Part shown: positions 10,901-19,574 of the stretch, piece after piece | Numbering within the stretch: position 1 is the first letter of the stretch | Layout: every line of letters starts with the position of its first letter | Translations under genes and position numbers: made by a program | NCBI GenBank assembly: GCA_934462715.1 | Contig: CAKSIJ010000001.1 | Span: 98,130 to 162,129 of the forward strand | Reading direction: 5' to 3' | Origin: an uncultured Clostridia bacterium | Lineage (GTDB): Bacteria > Bacillota > Clostridia > UBA1381 | DNA length: 64,000 nt | Notes under the pieces: generated by a model | The model's input: the letters and a program-made list of their open reading frames with translations, nothing else | Database searches by the model: none | Told to the model about the DNA's origin: nothing

Positions 10901-12582
10901 GGTGTAAGGCTCGGAATATCTCCGCCGCTCAAATATACACCGCCGTTATTTGTATCGAAGATTGTACTGTTTTTAACGGTACAATTTGCGGAATCGGTAA
11001 TTGTAACGCCCCTTATGCCCAGATTGTGAAGCTTTACATTATCTATAACAATTCCGTCACTGTTCGTTGCGTTGATTCCCGTTCCGTTAGCTTTTCCGAC
11101 TTTAATTCCCTTAACTGTTATGTTTTCGGAACCGGAAATGTTTATAATGTTGTAATCTCCCGTTGTCAGCTCAATGTTTGCAAGACCTCTTTCAGGATAA
11201 TAATACAACATTTTTGTGTCGCTGTCAATGTACCATTCGCCGGGAACGGTCAATTCCTCCAAAATATTAACCGCCGCACAAAGCTTATTTTTCGGGCTCC
11301 ACTGCTTAACGGTGAACGCACCGTCATTGAAGCTTGTTATTGCTCTTTTATAGATTGTATATGTATCGTTAAACAGAACAACGTAAGCGTCCTTTGTGTT
11401 CCATTCGGAAATTCTCTCGTTTTCCGGGAAAGTGAAAGTTCCTGTGCTTTCAACCTCTCTTGCGATTGAGTATTCGGCGTCCGGATAGCGTGCGAGCGTT
11501 TGTCTGTTTCCGTCGGCGTAGAGCTTATAGTAGCTGTCCTGGCTGTCAGCCGGTTTTTTGAGATCTCCGCTTATATAATTGCTTAAATCAAGGCTGTAAA
11601 GATTTCCCTTTGCCTTTTCTCCTACTCTTGAAAGTATGCTTTCATCTGTGGTTTTTTGGAAATCCTCTTTAGCAAGCTTTATTTTTCCGTTTACCGAAAC
11701 GTTTCCGCCGGCATAGTTTTCTATGGTTATATTTTTCTTATTTTCAATTTCAACCGAATGACCGAAATTATAATTTCCGTCTTTTATATAAATGCGTGCA
11801 CCGTCAAAGCCCTTGAAATTCTCCGCAAGCTCCAACGCTCTGTCAAGAGTCTTAACCGGGGATTCAAATCTTCCGTTATTGGTATCGTCACCGTCAGTTG
11901 ATACATAGATACCGAAATCACGGTACAACGCTCCGACATTTGCCGCTATTTCTTTCTTACTTACCGCCAATACGCCGTCATCATAGTAAATGCTGTAATT
12001 TTCAAAATTTGTCAAGTCGACAACACCCGAAAGGTTTGTACCGAAAAGCTTGTTTACCTCCGACGCATTCAAATATGCTTTTCCGTTTTCAACATACGGC
12101 GCACTGTTCAATACCGCTCTTTCGCCGTACTTAATCACATTCAGATTATCTTTATACATTACAACGGCATTTTCAAACAGATTGCTGTAAATTATTGTCG
12201 AAAAGCTGTCGGAGCAGGTATCGCCCGTTATGCCGTTTGTAGCGTATACGTCAAAATTCTTTGCTATATCTGTAACACCGTCAAAATTCATTTCAAACTC
12301 ATATGTGAATTTGCCGTTTCTGTCAGTTTCGGTCTGCGCTATGTTCTGAATATCCTCTTTAGTGATAGCAGAAAGCTCCGTACCCTTTTCAAGAACACGC
12401 AGAGTAACAGTTCTTGCTCCTACTCCCTCGTTTACCGTTCCCTCTACCCTTGCCGTTTTATCCGGCATATCAACCGTAATGCTGTCTATCGTTATCGGCT
12501 GTTCCTCCGCAAAGGCAACATAACCGGGCACGGCAGAAACAAGCATTACTGCGCTCAATATTGTACTGATTAATTTTTTCAT
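7966..12582 (-). CDS. Secreted parallel beta-helix (PbH1-repeat, pectin-lyase-fold) protein of 1538 aa with FN3 and CBM4_9-like modules. Probably a polysaccharide lyase or hydrolase.
   Basis: Signal peptide MKKLISTILSAVMLVSAVPGYVAFA. Beta-helix start YVSTDGDDTNNGRFESPVKTLDRALELA. Repeated NNxIxD/H beta-helix turns (NCHIYDF, HNVIHDS, NNEIYNV, NNYIHDL). FN3-like YRVEISRTADMSD...YYYTVTAMN. CBM motif IFYIDDVKAEK. Confidence 0.8.
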   Translation of the reverse strand: MKKLISTILSAVMLVSAVPGYVAFAEEQPITIDSITVDMPDKTARVEGTVNEGVGARTVTLRVLEKGTELSAITKEDIQNIAQTETDRNGKFTYEFEMNFDGVTDIAKNFDVYATNGITGDTCSDSFSTIIYSNLFENAVVMYKDNLNVIKYGERAVLNSAPYVENGKAYLNASEVNKLFGTNLSGVVDLTNFENYSIYYDDGVLAVSKKEIAANVGALYRDFGIYVSTDGDDTNNGRFESPVKTLDRALELAENFKGFDGARIYIKDGNYNFGHSVEIENKKNITIENYAGGNVSVNGKIKLAKEDFQKTTDESILSRVGEKAKGNLYSLDLSNYISGDLKKPADSQDSYYKLYADGNRQTLARYPDAEYSIAREVESTGTFTFPENERISEWNTKDAYVVLFNDTYTIYKRAITSFNDGAFTVKQWSPKNKLCAAVNILEELTVPGEWYIDSDTKMLYYYPERGLANIELTTGDYNIINISGSENITVKGIKVGKANGTGINATNSDGIVIDNVKLHNLGIRGVTITDSANCTVKNSTIFDTNNGGVYLSGGDIPSLTPGNNTVENCHIYDFSQEATNEGGVILAGMGNSVKHNVIHDSTSQGVFMKSNSNGMLIENNEIYNVVRGLFDAGAVYGINFLENTGIQIKNNYIHDLSKSYMNWGGIYAIYSDNGSSGITVENNIVSDSLSAGLVGGGRDNTWNNNLFIDSNVGAYDTRMTIGGWIRGHDTFETASFKRLMKNPKYDVEKWKAAYPFWDGLLKDLAKEKAYLNSKTTDENGSVSYDESIKFDAGLPWNVTITNNLTIADKKSFNMNPVGVWWNPKTAGYNTTYKNNVSVMGSMYQDASVSSGKAHNGEKAMKYEIKQSANTAIKKQLGSNAKPGEIYKISAWIYADKVADAAKVKISTDNNPTNLTHYRDFPFTVEGNGEVNIPAGEWVQIYCYWVSNDNNNSAVISFPQCSVGDIFYIDDVKAEKVMYSEQMLPTPSLNDIYTAATYKYESAKLDLSETKSVLKTGDETEIKASVITAETTDNDGDGIISGDELKFNAQTVQIGSAVSDNTAAAEIVDGKIKAVASGNAKITVTDVNENTASMYVTVVSDNESVYGFNGTDGYVKDDDPIYNGEVLRPYSESSKQTDITAQPGMTFSYKYFDSGLLSNNNNGSVSAGFQFGNDRRAITMSDRWIPGQYEITNTGGRRKRYAGWHQVTGMLDDSGKLTWYHDGVKLCTVAVTNGEKISIVASMPVNGLPTYIKEVYMTIPESGKDFIPETAQSYVLDDFESDNLSWTTDQIDKLQKIYADNKGESTDVFKSWFEDFDNRNFEQTAELFKYMPQFQRIEFASIGNSAADYDTELEMPVERLAKVNATDKTVQLIWSSISGASAYRVEISRTADMSDIVYKNRLDTNTDTAWIPESGTYYYTVTAMNLSKNYKAEQKSNVYSFTVSGGVSFDKYIESEANAKKTVSFIFNSDKAQLAGKAILAEKDKNGKLINTVIGDIPAAVDGKITISGECENANILECYLWNGVESMVPYCAKATYNK

Positions 12583-12699
12583 ACAAGCACCTCATCTGTG
12601 TGATTTTAATGGTTTCGTATAACCGCCTTTTGCACGGGCAGGCATTTAACCTGCCCATGCAATTATCGGTTAATTTCTTATAAATTTTTAAGGTAAAGC

Positions 12700-15600
12700 T
12701 TAGAACGGCTTATAAACCTCTGTGAGAGGAACTGCGCCGTCAAGGCTGTTCCATGCGAATACTCTGATTTCTGCTGTGCCTGTGCCCTTTGTGAAGCTTG
12801 TCAGATCAAGTAGTGCCGTAAACGGATCAGATGTTGCTCCCTTTGCTATTGTAGCCGCATCACTCGCTTCTAAAGCTAAAAGCTTGTTGGTATCTTTATT
12901 ATAAGCCGCAACTATTATAACATAAGAAGTATCTTCAAGCTTGTTGTTTGTAAGCGTTGCAGTAACTTCAAATTCTTTTTCGTTGAGGTCTTCAGCTTTT
13001 GTAATTTCACCGTCAATATCTGCGATTGATGTTACCTTGATTTCCGCATCCGGTATCAGCTCCGGTGCTTCCTTTAATGCATATACGTTCAGATTCTTAA
13101 GATATGTGTCTTTGCTTGCATATACATCGCCGTAAGAACCTGTCAAGTTTCTTGCATATAAGGTAAAGTTTGACAGTGTCGTAACATTGGGATAACCCGA
13201 GAACAATGCCGAATATACCGATTTTTCAAATGCAATACCTTCGCCGTTTACGGTTACTGTTTGCAAAACGTCACCATACTTGTTGCTCTGCTTGAGATCA
13301 TATACTATTTTAACATGAACATATCCGATATTATCTATATTGCTTGCAATTTTTTGTATATCTGTATTAACTGCATATGTTTCGCTTGTCGAACCGTTTT
13401 GTCTGTTTTCGTTAGCATCAAGTTTAAACTGCCCATACCAAAGTCCGAACGGATTACCCCATGTTCTGTTATAACCCAGTCTTGTCAAGCTTCCTGTATT
13501 TCCCGAAGCGTCTTTACCGTCGATCCACCAACCCTCTTGTTGATGATCTTTCGGGGCTGTCTTATCGGGATTTAAAACAGAATCAACCTTAGTGTCAAAT
13601 TCAAGTATAATTCTGTCGGCTGAAATTTTATTTGTTTTAAACGAATCATCAAACGGTATTGATATTGAACGGTCATTATCTGTACCGGACGGCAAATGCA
13701 ATGTTGAATCATCAGATTTATATGCATCGGTTGTTGTAGTTTGACCTCCTTTTATCGTGCTCATTTTAAAGCTTCCGTTTTCAATCACGTTAATCTGAGA
13801 ACTCAAAAGCTTGTAACCCGAACCGATTACATCACTGACTCTAACACTGTTTGTCATAAATGTAAATTCGTTTGTGCCTGTTAGAGTTGCACCCAAAGCA
13901 TCGGTGAATTTATCAGCCGCAAGTACTAATTTGTACTCTGTATTAGGTTTAAGTCCGCCCTGTGGAATTACAGAAAGCTTTTTATTGTCAGATGACATTA
14001 CTTTAACCGTTTCAACGGCTGCATCTCCACAGTACAAAGTTGCACAATTGTCAACGTCTGAAACTGTTGTCAGTGTATTAAACTTTACATCAATATCATC
14101 AAGTGTTGAAAGTGTTTCTCCAACCGCAGGTGATGTACCGAGAACTTTAAACGGCTCGTCCATTGTGACAATTCTTACATCATCAACCAATGCCGTTTCT
14201 TTAAGAGCTGAAAAACTTATCTTCTTTGTAGGGTCAACTCTTATTTCTCTTACTGTCTGACTTTGCGTCTGCCATAAACCTGTTATTTCAACACCATTGA
14301 CAAAGAATCTTATGCTCATATAATTGTCATTGTAAGATCCCACAGTCGGATAATCAGTAACAATGTCAATATTATTCCAACCGGCAGTAAGTGGCACATT
14401 TGTGCAAGGACTGTTTATTCCTTGTGTTGATGTTATTCCATCGGCATTTATCCAGCCGCCGTTCTCAGTATTTGTATTACGATACTCTACACCAATCATT
14501 TTGTCAACCCATGCACTGCAACCTACATAAGCGTTTATTATGGGCGAAGAAGAAAACTCCACTCCAGCTTTGCCGGATAATTTTGTTTTACTGATACCGT
14601 TATAATAATATCTGAATGAAGCTGTCATGGGCTTATTTGTAGGCACATCTGTACTGATAGTGCTATAGTTAACAACATTATAATCATTCGCACTAATATT
14701 TGACTTATCATAACCAATTCTTGCTGTACGATTTTTGTTTATAGGATCTGTAACTATTGGATAACTTGCGTTGTTTCTGTCCATTATGTATGAATTGTCA
14801 TTGTTCGGGTGAACAGTAATCAAAAGTTTTTTTGTAAGCTTTGTTCCACCGTCTGTATATGTAAATGTAATAACAGTGTTACCGCAAGCTTTTGCAATAA
14901 TTTCGCCGTTATTGTATTCTGCAATATCGCCGTTTTCGGATACTGCCGTAATTTTAGTTAAATCTGCTTCTTTTCTTGTTTTTTCAACAGCGGCTGCGGT
15001 CGTATCTTTGTTGCTGTCCTGTGTATATGCAACCAAAGCAGATCTTTCACCTACAGTTAAAACATCTTTTGTTTCGGAAATATCCAAAGCTGAAAAACCA
15101 TATGCTATTGTTTGAGTTTTATCATATGTGTCCATCGGGCTTGAAGATATTGTGCTGTAATACTCATCTGCATTACTTTGTTTTTCAATCGTGACATCAT
15201 CAACATACATTATGTTTCCTGTTGATGTTTTGGGGAATTGTATCCTAATTACAGGATCTTTCTTTTCCGTAGCAGCAAAACTTGCGCTGACTTCTGTCCA
15301 GTTTCCCTGAACTAAGTTAACTGTTGTCTGTGATGTGGTAAAAGCGTTATTAACCCTTAAAACAGCTGTATCTCCCTCATCAACATTTTCACCCTTGATA
15401 TATGCCTTTACAGTGTATATTTCACCCGGTTTAAAATCGGTTGTGGTTAATTGTTTCTTTATCCACTGTCTGCTTGAATCATTCCAACCGTTGCGATATG
15501 ATACCTTTAATGCACCGGTGTCATCTGTTGTGTGAGATACATTTTCATCATATTCTACCCAGACAAAATCATCTCTGACCCAACCGGAAGTGTTACCGGC

Positions 15601-15714
15601 AAACGTACCGCCCACGTTAACAAATTCCCCTGTCGGTTCCGCATACGAGAAATTAACAGTAGAAAGAGCCATAGCCAGTGACAAAGCGCCGGCAAAAATT
15701 TTCTTAAAGTTCAT
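12700..15714 (-). CDS. Secreted protein of 1004 aa with an N-terminal CBM4_9-like carbohydrate-binding module, Big_2 and LamG-like domains.
   Basis: Signal peptide MNFKKIFAGALSLAMALSTVNFSYA. CBM segment GEIYTVKAYIKGENV...NIMYVDDVTIEK. Big_2-like ISETKDVLTVGERSALVAY. Confidence 0.75.
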   Translation of the reverse strand: MNFKKIFAGALSLAMALSTVNFSYAEPTGEFVNVGGTFAGNTSGWVRDDFVWVEYDENVSHTTDDTGALKVSYRNGWNDSSRQWIKKQLTTTDFKPGEIYTVKAYIKGENVDEGDTAVLRVNNAFTTSQTTVNLVQGNWTEVSASFAATEKKDPVIRIQFPKTSTGNIMYVDDVTIEKQSNADEYYSTISSSPMDTYDKTQTIAYGFSALDISETKDVLTVGERSALVAYTQDSNKDTTAAAVEKTRKEADLTKITAVSENGDIAEYNNGEIIAKACGNTVITFTYTDGGTKLTKKLLITVHPNNDNSYIMDRNNASYPIVTDPINKNRTARIGYDKSNISANDYNVVNYSTISTDVPTNKPMTASFRYYYNGISKTKLSGKAGVEFSSSPIINAYVGCSAWVDKMIGVEYRNTNTENGGWINADGITSTQGINSPCTNVPLTAGWNNIDIVTDYPTVGSYNDNYMSIRFFVNGVEITGLWQTQSQTVREIRVDPTKKISFSALKETALVDDVRIVTMDEPFKVLGTSPAVGETLSTLDDIDVKFNTLTTVSDVDNCATLYCGDAAVETVKVMSSDNKKLSVIPQGGLKPNTEYKLVLAADKFTDALGATLTGTNEFTFMTNSVRVSDVIGSGYKLLSSQINVIENGSFKMSTIKGGQTTTTDAYKSDDSTLHLPSGTDNDRSISIPFDDSFKTNKISADRIILEFDTKVDSVLNPDKTAPKDHQQEGWWIDGKDASGNTGSLTRLGYNRTWGNPFGLWYGQFKLDANENRQNGSTSETYAVNTDIQKIASNIDNIGYVHVKIVYDLKQSNKYGDVLQTVTVNGEGIAFEKSVYSALFSGYPNVTTLSNFTLYARNLTGSYGDVYASKDTYLKNLNVYALKEAPELIPDAEIKVTSIADIDGEITKAEDLNEKEFEVTATLTNNKLEDTSYVIIVAAYNKDTNKLLALEASDAATIAKGATSDPFTALLDLTSFTKGTGTAEIRVFAWNSLDGAVPLTEVYKPF

Positions 15715-15853
15715 GTTTTTTCCTCCTTAAAAATATAAAATATATACTGTATAAAAAGGCTTCGGTTTAACTTGATTTATTTTATGATTTATTTTTTGAT
15801 TATTATTTTGCAGATTTACACTCCAAAGCCTTTTTATTTACAGACGTTTATAA

Positions 15854-17296
15854 TTACTTTTGTGTTTTTGCGTATTCGTCAAGCTGTCTTTGAATTTCGT
15901 TTTTAACGTTTTCGATTCCTGCCGCTTTAAGTCTTGACTTGTATTCGTCAAAGCACTCTCTCCAGTCAACCGAACCGTTGTTCATGTTCTTAAATTCCTG
16001 TGTTACGGTAGAAATCTGAGATAACTCTGTCTGAATCTTTGAGTTGTCAAAAACAAATGACAATATTCTGCTTTTTTCAGCCTCATCGTTAACTTTTTCT
16101 GTTTCTTCCCAGATGTTGTCGTCCTGTCCCTCCAAGAGGTACGAGTCAAACTGATTGCCGAATGCCCATGATGTATTTAAGTAGTAACCGCCGTTGTCAA
16201 CAAGCTTTATGTGATTGTCGTCAATCCAATTGTAGTGCTTGCCCTCGATACCGTAGCAAAGCAGGTTATAAAGGTCCTTATTTGTGTTCAAAAGGCTGAT
16301 AAGCTTGATTGATTTTTCCGGATATTTTGAATACGCACTGATAGCCCACATTGTAGAAGTCAGCGTTGCGCCGGTTACATATGCTCTGTCCTGAAGCTTG
16401 ATTGCAATGTGTTCTCCGCCGAGCATCGCATTTTGCGTTGATTCAAAGCCGGGTTTCCAGCCTGTTCCGGTTACAACGTATTTTCCTGCAAGAAAATCGT
16501 TGTTATCATCAACAACGGAAGCAACATCCTCTCTGAAATAGCCCTTTAAGAACCAGCTTCTGATCATATCCATACCATCTTCCCAGCTGTCGGCTTCATA
16601 CTCATAGATCGCTTTGAAATTGTCCTTATCTCTTAAATCCAAGCCTACGCCGCCTGCAATGGCTTCATAGTTTTTCAGCATCGGATTTCCGTACGGTCTT
16701 GTCGGATATACGTCCGGCTCATTGTCCTTAATCTGCTGCATGAACGGTTCAAGGTCTTTCCACGTTTTAATTGAATTTACGTCAAGCTTGTACTTGTCCG
16801 CCCACTTCTTGTCCATTGTCACTGCGCCTATTGTGCTTGCAATCTGCTGATTTGGTACGGCATAAATTTCTCCGTCACGCTTTGCAGCTTCAAACCAATA
16901 GTCCGGAATTACTTCTCTCAGCTCCGGCGCATTTTCGTCTATCAGCTTTGTGAGCGGATAATACGACTCGTTGTTGACGCCTTTGTTATACGGGTTCATC
17001 CAGCTTGATGTCCAGCATATGTCAAAATATTCCTTTGTTGCAAGCTTCATATTCATTTTTTCGGTATATGCTCCCGAATCAATTAACGTCATGTTGAGCT
17101 TAGCTCCGATTGCCGGCTCGATTATCTTGTTCGCTTCCTCCATTACAAGCGCAAGATCCTTTTGCTGCTTGCCGAACATATACATTTCAAGTGTTGGTAT
17201 TTCCTCCTCTCCGCCTTTGGCATTTTTTTGTGAGTTACACCCTGCCATACCGCATAAAATAGCTGCAATTAAGGCAATTGATGTCAGTTTTTTCAT
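15854..17296 (-). CDS. Sugar ABC transporter substrate-binding lipoprotein (family-1 solute-binding protein, LplA-like).
   Basis: ATG at 17296 with RBS AAGGAGGAG. Lipobox LCGMAGC. Typical family-1 SBP length of ~480 aa. The track ORF begins 72 nt further upstream. Confidence 0.8.
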   Translation of the reverse strand: MKKLTSIALIAAILCGMAGCNSQKNAKGGEEEIPTLEMYMFGKQQKDLALVMEEANKIIEPAIGAKLNMTLIDSGAYTEKMNMKLATKEYFDICWTSSWMNPYNKGVNNESYYPLTKLIDENAPELREVIPDYWFEAAKRDGEIYAVPNQQIASTIGAVTMDKKWADKYKLDVNSIKTWKDLEPFMQQIKDNEPDVYPTRPYGNPMLKNYEAIAGGVGLDLRDKDNFKAIYEYEADSWEDGMDMIRSWFLKGYFREDVASVVDDNNDFLAGKYVVTGTGWKPGFESTQNAMLGGEHIAIKLQDRAYVTGATLTSTMWAISAYSKYPEKSIKLISLLNTNKDLYNLLCYGIEGKHYNWIDDNHIKLVDNGGYYLNTSWAFGNQFDSYLLEGQDDNIWEETEKVNDEAEKSRILSFVFDNSKIQTELSQISTVTQEFKNMNNGSVDWRECFDEYKSRLKAAGIENVKNEIQRQLDEYAKTQK

Positions 17297-17320
17297 AAAC
17301 TTCTCCTCCTTTTTTATTTT

Positions 17321-17336
17321 AAGTGATCGCTCACTT
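17321..17336. promoter_or_regulatory. Perfect palindrome AAGTGAtcgcTCACTT 9 nt upstream of the RBS of the substrate-binding gene. Candidate operator.
   Basis: 6-bp inverted repeat with a 4-nt spacer lying between the likely promoter and the RBS. Confidence 0.3.
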
Positions 17337-17461
17337 AATTGCTTTGTGATTTTCTTATGTACCGCCATATTATAGTATAATAGCGGCAGTATTTGTATTT
17401 CAAGCTGTAAATATTGGTAATGCTTGAATACAGGTGAGATGTGCGCATTTTATTCCGCAGA

Positions 17462-18343
17462 TTAACCTTTGACAGAACCGATTACCATTCCCTTTACGAA
17501 ATACTTCTGGAAAAATGGGAATATTACCAACGCAGGGCCCGCAACTACGAACATCATTGCCATTCTCGAAGTTTCGCCCGGTATGTTCGTCATGTCAACC
17601 AGACCCGATGTATCCTGTTCCAGAAGCTTAACGTCAAGCATGATTCTCTGCAAGAGGTACTGCAAGCTGATGAGATCGTATCTGTCATTTATGTAGAGCA
17701 TTGATGTCATCCAGTCGTTCCACTTGCCGAGGAACGTTGAAAGAGCAAGAGTTGCAAGCACAGGCTTTGAAAGCGGAATCATAAATGTAATAAGGATTCG
17801 CCACTCGCTCGCACCGTCCAAAACCGCCGATTCTATCATTTCCTCCGGTATCTGCTGGAATGAGGCTCTTATATAGAAGATATTCCACGCACTTACCAAG
17901 CCCGGGATAATGTATACCCAAATTGTGTCGGCAAGGTGGAGATACTGTGTGTATAATATATATGTAGGAACAAGTCCTCCGCCGAACAGACAGGTAAAGT
18001 AAAAATAGAAGTTTAAAAACTTTCTGAATCTGTAATCGTGTCTTGACAGCGGATATGCCATAAGCGAATTACAGAATATCATTCCCAATGTTCCGGCAAC
18101 AGAGAATATTATTGTTATCTTGTATGCGTCAATAACGCTTTTCGGATTTGAGAATACATATTTGTAACCGGCTAAATCAAAATGCTTCGGTATCAGCTTG
18201 TAGCCCTCACGCAGTATGTCCTTTTCGTTTGAGAACGATACGCCCAAACATAAGAGCAAAGGATAGAGCGTTGTTATACACATTATTATAAGTATGATAT
18301 TAAGCACAATCTGGCTTTTTTTAATTTTCTTCTTTTTATTCAT
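17462..18343 (-). CDS. Carbohydrate ABC transporter permease (LplC/YtcP-like, CUT1 family).
   Basis: 293 aa and multi-TM. Resembles the binding-protein-dependent inner-membrane component family. Confidence 0.8.
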   Translation of the reverse strand: MNKKKKIKKSQIVLNIILIIMCITTLYPLLLCLGVSFSNEKDILREGYKLIPKHFDLAGYKYVFSNPKSVIDAYKITIIFSVAGTLGMIFCNSLMAYPLSRHDYRFRKFLNFYFYFTCLFGGGLVPTYILYTQYLHLADTIWVYIIPGLVSAWNIFYIRASFQQIPEEMIESAVLDGASEWRILITFMIPLSKPVLATLALSTFLGKWNDWMTSMLYINDRYDLISLQYLLQRIMLDVKLLEQDTSGLVDMTNIPGETSRMAMMFVVAGPALVIFPFFQKYFVKGMVIGSVKG

Positions 18344-18363
18344 AGCGCATTTCCTTTCATGAA

Positions 18364-19314
18364 TTAGAACAAGCTAAGCTCTTCGTCATATTTTCTTACT
18401 ATAAAGTTGGTCATGTAAACAAGTATAAATCCGACAACCGCTTTCAAAAGACCTACGGCACTCGAAAGCTTCATATCGCCTATAACTCTCATTGTACGGT
18501 AGAGGTATGTATCGATAACGTCGGTTGTCTGATACAATGCGCCCGAATCTCTTGTCAGCTGATAGAAAAGACCGAAATCCGAATTGAATATTCCGCCTAT
18601 TGCCATAATCAACTGTAAAACTATAAGCCTTGACAGCATCGGCAGGGTTATGTATCTTATTTCCTGCCACTTTGTCGCGCCGTCTATTCTCGCCGCTTCA
18701 AAGAGCGTTGCGTCTATTCCCATGAGAGTTGCATAATATATGATACAACCCATTCCGACGCCTTTCCAGACATTTGCAAAATTCAGTATTCCCGGCCATA
18801 CGGCAGGCTCGTTGTAAAACTGTATTCCCTCCAAGCCGAAGCTTCTCAAAAGATTGTTGATGATTCCGTACTGCGGCTGCAAAAACGCATAAACCACATA
18901 TCCTATTGTAACCCATGAAATGAAGTTCGGTGTAATTAGTATTGTCTGATACGTTTTGAGTGCCTTGCGGCTTGTCAGCTCGTAGTATACCAATGCCAGC
19001 GCTATGCACGCTATCATGCTTGTGACTATGAACAGGGCATTTAGTGAAAGTGTGTTTTTTACCAACCTCAGACAGTCGTTTGACAAAACAAAGAATTTAA
19101 AGTTGTCAAACCCTACCCATTTACTGCCCCATATACCTCTGCTGTATTTGTAGTCCTTAAACGCAATCAGCAGTCCGTACAGCGTACAATAGCAAAAAAT
19201 AAAGGTGTGAAGCACAGGCAAAACGCTCATTTGTATCCATTGCCATTCCCTGCCCCCTATTTTCTTCCTTTTCTTTTTTACTTTTGTTTGCGTTAATTGT
19301 TTTTCCGCTTTCAT
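18364..19314 (-). CDS. Carbohydrate ABC transporter permease (LplB/YteP-like, CUT1 family).
   Basis: ATG at 19314 with RBS GGAGG gives MKAEKQLTQTKVKKKRKK..., followed by multiple TM segments. The track ORF begins 45 nt further upstream. No ATPase gene in the locus, consistent with shared MsmX-type use. Confidence 0.8.
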   Translation of the reverse strand: MKAEKQLTQTKVKKKRKKIGGREWQWIQMSVLPVLHTFIFCYCTLYGLLIAFKDYKYSRGIWGSKWVGFDNFKFFVLSNDCLRLVKNTLSLNALFIVTSMIACIALALVYYELTSRKALKTYQTILITPNFISWVTIGYVVYAFLQPQYGIINNLLRSFGLEGIQFYNEPAVWPGILNFANVWKGVGMGCIIYYATLMGIDATLFEAARIDGATKWQEIRYITLPMLSRLIVLQLIMAIGGIFNSDFGLFYQLTRDSGALYQTTDVIDTYLYRTMRVIGDMKLSSAVGLLKAVVGFILVYMTNFIVRKYDEELSLF

Positions 19315-19574
19315 TGTAATCCTCCGTTCGTCATCACAAATAAAAGGCTTTATCAGCATTTTTTATCTGTTTATGTTCTGTTTATATTATTTATTATACA
19401 ATTTTCACAAAAAAAAGCAATATTATATCTTTTGATGTTGTTATCGAATCTTTTGTTTTTTTATTATTGTCTTTACATTTTTACTTTTATTATGTATAAT
19501 AATAAAAGATAAGCCGTAAAATTACTGCGGCGCAATCATCAAAAGATAATTCCGCTGTAAAAGGAGATTTTATT

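Noticed and set aside
7966-12582. Dockerin-like calcium-binding loop DNDGDGIISGDEL in the beta-helix protein
   Set aside because: Only a single loop is present and there is no duplicated 22-residue dockerin repeat. Other proteins of the locus use SLH anchoring, so a cellulosomal interpretation is unsupported.
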